Shown here: positions 58,415 to 64,000 of the stretch, piece by piece
Layout: each line of letters opens with the position of its first letter
Numbering within the stretch: position 1 is the first letter of the stretch
From: Alphaproteobacteria bacterium
GTDB taxonomy: Bacteria > Pseudomonadota > Alphaproteobacteria > UBA7887
Length of the DNA: 64,000 nucleotides
Reading direction: 5' to 3'
Assembly (NCBI GenBank): GCA_965216755.1
Contig: CBDCGL010000011.1
Location: 3,616,001 to 3,680,000 of the forward strand
Translations under genes and position numbers: made by a program
The notes under the pieces: generated by a model
Databases searched by the model: none
Told to the model about the DNA's origin: nothing
The model's input: only the letters and a program-made list of their open reading frames with translations

Positions 58415-59602
58415 ATGAGGACCGGTACCTTGCTTTCCGCAGCCTCGGTCTTGGCGTTCAGCATCGCGCTGAGCGGCACCGCCGCAGGTCAGACGCTCGA
58501 CGACAACCAGCTCAATGTTGGCGCGTTGTTTGGGCAAGCAAATGGCAACGCAAATGATCGCAGCCGCGCAGACAACGACTTCATCGACGCCGACGTAACG
58601 CTGACCGACAACAATGCCGGGTTCGGCAACGCGTCGGGCGGCAGCACGGCCGACAATGACGGCATCGACAATAAGGGTGGCACGATCGACAACGATGGCT
58701 ACGACATCGACGTCAAAGATGTCACCGTCAAGGCTTCCAACGTCGAAGACAGCAACAACAGCAACGCCCTGTATTGGTGGTACAACTCGCTCAACACCGT
58801 GAATGTCGATCACAGTATTCACGACAACATCGCGATGCTCAGCCGCACCGATCTCGAAGCCATGGTGTCGGGCGTCAACATGTTCAACCTGAACGCCCAT
58901 GGCGCGGCCACCGGCGGTGCCGGCCTCGCGTATGCTGGCGGCGAAGCCAATGCGAAAGCCAAGGGCAAGGTCAAAGCCAAAGCTGACGGCGACTCGACGG
59001 CGCGCAACAAAAACCGCACCGACGCCGACTCTGGCGGATTCGCGCTGGGCGCGGCCGGCGGCAACACGGGCGGCGACGCCACCAACACGGCCGGCAGCTC
59101 GACGGCCCATGGCGGCGGTGCACTCAACGCCACCGATGGTACGGCAGCCGGAATCTTCATCGGCTTTGCGGCGAACAAGACCGAATCCACGGACGGCAGC
59201 GGCGACGCGGCCGGCGCGTCGGGTGCGGGCGGCACGGCAGCCGGCGATGCCGGCGATGTCGGCGACACCTTGGGACTCGCGGTGGTCGATGCCGACGCCA
59301 CGTCAGGTGCGGCCAAGGCCGACGCCAAGTCCGGCAATATCGGCAACATGGCAGCAGCCGGTAACACTTCCAGCGCGGACGCCAGCAACAACTCGGCAGC
59401 GACCATCGAAGGTGGCACGCAAACAACAACCCTGGATGTCAACTTCGCCACCGGCAGCATCTCCAGCATGATCAGTGATCTGCGCGGCATCAACCCGATC
59501 GTTCAGAACACTGGCTTTGCTTCCAACCAAAACGTCTCGATCAGCGTCAACGCGATGGTCGCCAGCGTCAACGGCGGCGGCACCATCGGTAGCGGCCGCT
59601 AA
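58415..59602 (+). CDS. Secreted Gly/Ala/Asn/Asp-rich protein, paralogue A (candidate fibre or amyloid-like structural subunit)
   Basis: AGGAG RBS, Sec signal peptide, no Cys, one Pro, xxDND repeats, C-terminal LRGINPIVQNTGFASNQNVSISVNA; strongly C-ending codons. Function is inferred. Confidence 0.85.
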   Translation: MRTGTLLSAASVLAFSIALSGTAAGQTLDDNQLNVGALFGQANGNANDRSRADNDFIDADVTLTDNNAGFGNASGGSTADNDGIDNKGGTIDNDGYDIDVKDVTVKASNVEDSNNSNALYWWYNSLNTVNVDHSIHDNIAMLSRTDLEAMVSGVNMFNLNAHGAATGGAGLAYAGGEANAKAKGKVKAKADGDSTARNKNRTDADSGGFALGAAGGNTGGDATNTAGSSTAHGGGALNATDGTAAGIFIGFAANKTESTDGSGDAAGASGAGGTAAGDAGDVGDTLGLAVVDADATSGAAKADAKSGNIGNMAAAGNTSSADASNNSAATIEGGTQTTTLDVNFATGSISSMISDLRGINPIVQNTGFASNQNVSISVNAMVASVNGGGTIGSGR

Positions 59603-59647
59603 TCGATTGTCGTCAAAGGTTTGAAGCAGGCTCTCTAGGAGGCAAAA

Positions 59648-60823
59648 ATGAGAAAACTCACCTTGTTGACCGCTGCGTCGGCCATGGCCCTGGGCTTGGG
59701 TCTTGCGCAGTCGGCGCAGGCCGTGGATGTGACCAACAACCAAGCCAATGTTGGTATCCTCGGCACCGCCAACAACAACGCCAACGATCGCAGCGTCACC
59801 GACAATGACGGTCTGGATCTGGATGTCAAAGCCGACAGCAACAATATCGGCTTCGGCAATGCCAGTGGCGAATCGACCGCAGACAACGACTTCGTCGACA
59901 ACAAAGAAGGCACCATCGACAATGATGAGGTCGACGTCGACGTCACCGGCGTGGATATCACCCTGTCCAACAAAGAGCGCAGCGGCAACACCGCCGTCTG
60001 GGCGATGATGTGGGGCTCGGGCAACAGCGCGTCATATGACGGCAGCATCCACAACAACATCGCGCAGCTGAGCCACACCCAGCTGAGCGCTGCGGTGACC
60101 GAAATCCAGATGTTCGATATCGAAGCCGGTGGCTACGCCTTTGGTGGCCTCGGCGCCGCGGTTGCCGACGGCGAAGCCAAAGCCCGGGCCAAGGGCAAGG
60201 TCCGCGCTAAGGCCGATGGTGACTCGACGGCCAAGAACCGCAACAAAGCGGATGCTGACGCGTTTGGCGCCACGGCGGCGGCGGCTGGCCACAACGAAGG
60301 TGGCACGGTCGAAAACGAAGCCGGCAACTCCGCCGCCAATGGCGGCTTGGCCATTAACCTCACCGATGGTGACGCGATCGCCTTGCTCGGTGCCGCGGCC
60401 AACTGGACCAAGTCCGAAGATGGCGGCAACGATGCCAAGGGCATGTCCGACAAGGGCGGCAGCGCCGAAGGTGCCGGCGGCGACGTCGGCGACACTGCCG
60501 CGGTTGCTTTGGTCGATGCCGACGCCAACTCTGGCGACGCCACCGCGACGGCGACGTCGGGTGACGTGGCCAACACGGCCGTTGGTGTCAACGAGTCGAC
60601 GGCCACGGCGTCGAACGACACCGAAGCCACGCTTGGCGGCTCCAGCCAAGAAACCAAAGTGGCGTTCAACTTCACGACCGGCGGCCTCCTCGGGTCGGTC
60701 GGAAGCCTGCGCGGAATCAATCCGGTCATGCAAAATACCGGCTTCGCGCACAATCAGAACGTTGGCGTCAGCGTTAACGCGTTGGTCGGCAGCGTCAACG
60801 GCTCGGGCTCGATCCGGCCGTAG
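59648..60823 (+). CDS. Secreted Gly/Ala/Asn/Asp-rich protein, paralogue B
   Basis: AGGAGG RBS, signal peptide ending AQA, colinear with paralogue A, C-terminal LRGINPVMQNTGFAHNQNVGVSVNA. Confidence 0.85.
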   Translation: MRKLTLLTAASAMALGLGLAQSAQAVDVTNNQANVGILGTANNNANDRSVTDNDGLDLDVKADSNNIGFGNASGESTADNDFVDNKEGTIDNDEVDVDVTGVDITLSNKERSGNTAVWAMMWGSGNSASYDGSIHNNIAQLSHTQLSAAVTEIQMFDIEAGGYAFGGLGAAVADGEAKARAKGKVRAKADGDSTAKNRNKADADAFGATAAAAGHNEGGTVENEAGNSAANGGLAINLTDGDAIALLGAAANWTKSEDGGNDAKGMSDKGGSAEGAGGDVGDTAAVALVDADANSGDATATATSGDVANTAVGVNESTATASNDTEATLGGSSQETKVAFNFTTGGLLGSVGSLRGINPVMQNTGFAHNQNVGVSVNALVGSVNGSGSIRP

Positions 60824-60853
60824 TAGCAACAACAGTCCTTCGACACACACACT

Positions 60854-60889
60854 GCGGTGGGAGGCCCCCCTCCCACCGCTTTTTTTTTT
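60854..60889 (+). terminator. Rho-independent terminator
   Basis: 11-bp stem GCGGTGGGAGG/CCTCCCACCGC, 4-nt loop, then T10. Confidence 0.9.
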
Positions 60890-60908
60890 GTTCCGATCAG
60901 AAGCGCCG

Positions 60909-61913
60909 CTAACGCGGTAACTCGATCGCGTAATCGGGCAGCGGCGCCGGCGCCTCGATCAAACCTTGTTCGGCCAGGAACGCGGCGAAACGCTGGTAAC
61001 GATTTTGATCCAAACTGCCCGGTCGCAACGCAAATCGCGGCAGCGTGTCGCGCCAGGCACGCCGGTTCAGCTCGTCATTGATGCTGTCACGATAGGCGAC
61101 GAACAAGTCCCAAGACTCATCAGGATGATTGACCAAAAAATGGGCGGCGCGTTCCAGGGCGTCGACGAACCGGCCCAAGCGCGGCTGGTCGATCGCATTG
61201 CGTTGCGCGACGATGATCAGCTCGTCGTAAGCGGGCACGCCATGTTCCTCGACAAAGAAAGCACGGCCTTGATGGCCCTCGATGGCCAGCTGGTTGAGTT
61301 CAAAATTGCGATAAGCACCGATGACCGCGTCAACCTGACCCGACAGTAACGCCGGGCTCAACGCGAAATTCACGTTGATCAGTTCCACATCGGCCAGTGC
61401 CACCCCATGCTTGGCCAGCATGGTGCCCAAGAGCGCATCTTCGAAGCCGCCGACGGAGTAGCCAACCTTGCGCCCCGCCAAGTCGGCGATTTTCGTGATC
61501 GGCCCGTCGTCGAGCACCAGCAATGTGTTTAGTGGCGTCGCCACCAAGGTGGCCACGCGCACCAAGGGCAGCCCCTCCGCGACGTGCAAATGCAATTGCG
61601 GCTGATAGCTGACGGCCAAATCCACTTGTCCGGCGGCCACCAATTTTGGCGGCAATGTCGGATCGGCTGGTTCGCTCATGGCGACTTCAAGCCCGGCTTC
61701 GGCGAAATAACCCTTTTGCTCGGCAATGACCAAAGTGGCGTGATCGGGATTGAGAAACCAATCCAACATCAGCGACAGCGGCTCGGCCGTGGCCTTGCTG
61801 GCGCCGCCGGCATTCAAGGCAACAAGGAAAACGAGCGTCAGCGCCCTTGCCACGACCGGTCGACGAAGACCGCCAAGACTATGTCCAAAATTGAATTGTC
61901 GGGTTCTCGACAT
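60909..61913 (-). CDS. thiY: Thiamine-precursor (HMP) ABC substrate-binding protein, NMT1/THI5 family
   Basis: LDWFLNPDHA, AVSYQPQL, GAYRNFE, GVPAYDEL; lies downstream of a TPP riboswitch. Confidence 0.88.
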   Translation of the reverse strand: MSRTRQFNFGHSLGGLRRPVVARALTLVFLVALNAGGASKATAEPLSLMLDWFLNPDHATLVIAEQKGYFAEAGLEVAMSEPADPTLPPKLVAAGQVDLAVSYQPQLHLHVAEGLPLVRVATLVATPLNTLLVLDDGPITKIADLAGRKVGYSVGGFEDALLGTMLAKHGVALADVELINVNFALSPALLSGQVDAVIGAYRNFELNQLAIEGHQGRAFFVEEHGVPAYDELIIVAQRNAIDQPRLGRFVDALERAAHFLVNHPDESWDLFVAYRDSINDELNRRAWRDTLPRFALRPGSLDQNRYQRFAAFLAEQGLIEAPAPLPDYAIELPR

Positions 61914-61997
61914 TCGCGCCGCCTCCGCTGCAATGGGCGTGCGGGAAGGGGCGGTTCGGCCTCACGGCGCGCATGTGTGTGCGAACGGCAATCGGTT

Positions 61998-62086
61998 CCG
62001 CTCCCTTCGCCGGCATGACCCGGATCAGGTTCAGAGGGTCACCGCCTGCACGGTATCTCAGCCCTTCAACAAGGCCCCCCTGGGAT
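61998..62086 (-). ncRNA. TPP riboswitch
   Basis: Minus strand reads CCAGGGGGGCC...GGCTGAGA...GACCCTCTGAACCTGATCCGGGTCATGCCGGCGAAGGGA. Confidence 0.93.
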
Positions 62087-62138
62087 GACGGCCATGGTGA
62101 CGACTTGCCACCCCCCGGTCAAGCATGGGGCGTCGCGC

Positions 62139-62426
62139 CTAGAGTGCGAACAGCAGAAACGCGCCGAGTGTCACCACATAAATAAAGCCGTAGACCATGA
62201 CCTCTTCGCGATCCATGTGGCCATTGGTATCGCGGTCGATGGGCAATGTAGGCTGGCTTCGCGGCTGGCCCTGGGCAAGCGCGTTTTTGACCATGGCGAC
62301 GGTCTCTTCCTCGCGTTGTGGCTCTCGTCGCTGCTTAACTTTGATCATCTCACTGGTCAAGCTCGCCGCTTCATGGCCCGCGGCCTCGGCGTGCGTATCG
62401 GTTTCGGTGATTGTTGTCGCGGTCAT
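62139..62426 (-). CDS. Hypothetical protein with a C-terminal transmembrane helix
   Basis: Hydrophilic N-terminus ending in VMVYGFIYVVTLGAFLLFAL; starts 14 nt after the upstream stop. Confidence 0.6.
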   Translation of the reverse strand: MTATTITETDTHAEAAGHEAASLTSEMIKVKQRREPQREEETVAMVKNALAQGQPRSQPTLPIDRDTNGHMDREEVMVYGFIYVVTLGAFLLFAL

Positions 62427-62440
62427 GAGTGACAACCCCA

Positions 62441-63013
62441 CTAATTGCGTTTGGATCGGGCGAGCGGCCGGATCCGACGGCCGTCCGTAGCCGACGTCGC
62501 GTCGTCTGCTTTGGGATGGAGGCACGCGCACGATTTTGCCGCGCCGTCATCGACGGCATGGCTGACATACGCATCAATGGCGTCGGTGAGGGCATCTTGG
62601 ATGTGCAGGCGACGGTGTGCGGCGATCAGACGTAATTTGAAGTGACGCTGTGGGTCTAGCCGCACTGAAAGCCGCACCCGTCCGGTGCGGTCGCGCTTCA
62701 ATTCCGCCTCGGCGGCAATCTCCACCGCGCGCGGCGATCGCTGTTTGGTGTTCGACCGGGTGCTGGGCACAGCGTCGGTTGCCAACCGATCCAAGTCAGG
62801 CGCGCTCAATTCGGCAACGGCAGGACGTGGCGGCGCCAGACGGAGCAATGCGTCCGAATCTTCAATGGCCGGCAATAAGGCCAAATGATCGGCGATGTCG
62901 CTGAGGTCGTCCCGATGGTCGACGTCGCGCGCGAGCGGCGCGTCGCCAAGTCGCGACGGTGCCGCCGCACCCTTGCGGGCCAAAAGGCGGCTGGTCAAGG
63001 GCGCCGACTTCAT
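62441..63013 (-). CDS. Hypothetical ParA partner protein (basic N-terminal peptide, RHH-like C-terminus)
   Basis: Start overlaps the parA stop; LTSRLLARKGAAAP; RVRLSVRLDPQRHFKLRLIAA...IQDALTDAIDAYV. Confidence 0.7.
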   Translation of the reverse strand: MKSAPLTSRLLARKGAAAPSRLGDAPLARDVDHRDDLSDIADHLALLPAIEDSDALLRLAPPRPAVAELSAPDLDRLATDAVPSTRSNTKQRSPRAVEIAAEAELKRDRTGRVRLSVRLDPQRHFKLRLIAAHRRLHIQDALTDAIDAYVSHAVDDGAAKSCACLHPKADDATSATDGRRIRPLARSKRN

Positions 63014-63714
63014 ACAGCGGCCATCCGCGTCGGGCCGACAATGGCATCGCTGCCGGTGCCCGTGCGCGCCGAGGTAAACGCCGGTGGTGTCGCGGCGCGG
63101 GCGAGGCGCACCGCCAAATATTGCCACAGGTCATGGATCTCCTGCGCTGATTTGGAGCGTTCATTGAGCTCCATCACGGTGCGACCGTCGATCATGCTGG
63201 CGGCGAAATCGGTCCTTTGGTGAATGGTTATCGGCGCCACGGTGCCATGCTGCGACAAGGCGATTGCCGCCTCGGCCGTGATCCGGGCCCGTGGCGCGGC
63301 GCCGTTGATGACAAATGTCAGGGGTTTGCCCAGCCGTTCGACCAATTCGACCGTCGCGCCGGCGGCGCGCAAGTCATGTGGGCTCGGTCGTGTCGGAATT
63401 GCCACCAAGTTGGCCAAGCGCACGACATGTTCGATGGTTGCGGTGTTGGCTGGTGGTGTGTCGAAGATCAACAATTTGATGCCACGTGCGCGCATGGCCT
63501 GCATGTCTTCCGCCAACCGCGCGACAAATGTATGTGCGAAGACGGGCGTGTCGGCCGCGCGTTCGTTCCACCAGTCAGCCAAACTGCCTTGGGGGTCCGT
63601 ATCGATCATCGCAACCGGGCCGTGGCCGGCGCGTTCGGCTTGCACGGCCATATGGCCGGCCAAGGTGGTCTTTCCGGAACCGCCTTTTTGCGATGTAAAA
63701 GCCAATACTTGCAT
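63010..63714 (-). CDS. ParA family ATPase
   Basis: Deviant Walker A KGGSGKTT, IDTDPQGS, FDTPP, IPTRPSPHDL. Confidence 0.92.
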   Translation of the reverse strand: MQVLAFTSQKGGSGKTTLAGHMAVQAERAGHGPVAMIDTDPQGSLADWWNERAADTPVFAHTFVARLAEDMQAMRARGIKLLIFDTPPANTATIEHVVRLANLVAIPTRPSPHDLRAAGATVELVERLGKPLTFVINGAAPRARITAEAAIALSQHGTVAPITIHQRTDFAASMIDGRTVMELNERSKSAQEIHDLWQYLAVRLARAATPPAFTSARTGTGSDAIVGPTRMAAV

Positions 63715-64000
63715 GTGCCATCCTTCCGCGCATCAATGGGTCTTGCCAGTCCGGCGCGTTGATGTTCGCGTGGCAAATCACGCTGGCGCCCGAACCGTGG
63801 CCATTGTTCGGCGAGAGATGGTCGAAAAAACATACCGCTCGTCACATATGCGCCAAATAATGCCGCGCCATGGCACCGTGCGGCGTGACACCCGCAATGC
63901 TGGCGTCGTGGCCCCGCCAAATGCACGTAGTGGGATACCTCGCGGGACCGTGACGATGTTCAAATTGCAGAAAAACCAAGGGCCGGCCCCATTGGGTCCG

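Noticed and set aside
58415-60823. Naming the pair as curlin, FapC, ice-nucleation protein, RTX protein, flagellin or autotransporter
   Set aside because: No regular curlin repeats, FapC CxxC, AGYGST octamers, GGxGxD nonamer arrays, flagellin termini or C-terminal barrel. The resemblance to Fap is limited to composition and one motif.
58283-60850. Long antisense ORFs over the secreted-protein genes
   Set aside because: They result from the biased codon usage of the sense genes; the RBSs, promoter and terminator all support the plus strand.
1-64000. CRISPR array, tRNA, rRNA, IS element, integrase or prophage
   Set aside because: No regularly spaced repeats, cloverleaf motifs, or transposase, integrase or phage proteins were seen on reading. 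Short or degenerate elements could have been missed without tools.

Overview
GC-rich chromosomal window from an alphaproteobacterium, probably Rhodospirillales-like. That placement is inferred from the helicase-S4-fdxA-carD-rpoH synteny, not from a search. I see no rRNA, tRNA, CRISPR array or transposase. In order, the window holds a metal ABC transporter; a Liv-type ABC cluster with two CoA ligases, divergent from boxCB (no boxA); tupBCA; acnA; htpG; the helicase/hslR/fdxA/carD/rpoH block; a six-gene phosphonate-lipid operon (PEP mutase fused to an NTP-transferase, phosphonopyruvate decarboxylase, HpnN-like MMPL, HpnL-like protein, cytidylyltransferase, CDP-alcohol phosphotransferase); an accessory stretch with a Bar/PAT-like acetyltransferase, decayed cytochrome and outer-membrane genes, an SdpA-like dioxygenase and a fluoroacetate-dehalogenase-like hydrolase; a sigma54-driven pair of secreted Gly/Ala/Asn/Asp-rich paralogues; a TPP riboswitch with thiY; and an orphan ParA module. 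The two best candidates for an undescribed system are the sigma54-controlled paralogue pair (58415-60823), whose central region looks like a giant beta-hairpin, and the phosphonolipid operon that uses hopanoid-associated transporter families and has no aminotransferase. Family calls rest on motif recognition and recalled family sequences. Several start codons were moved from the ORF track to the most plausible start.
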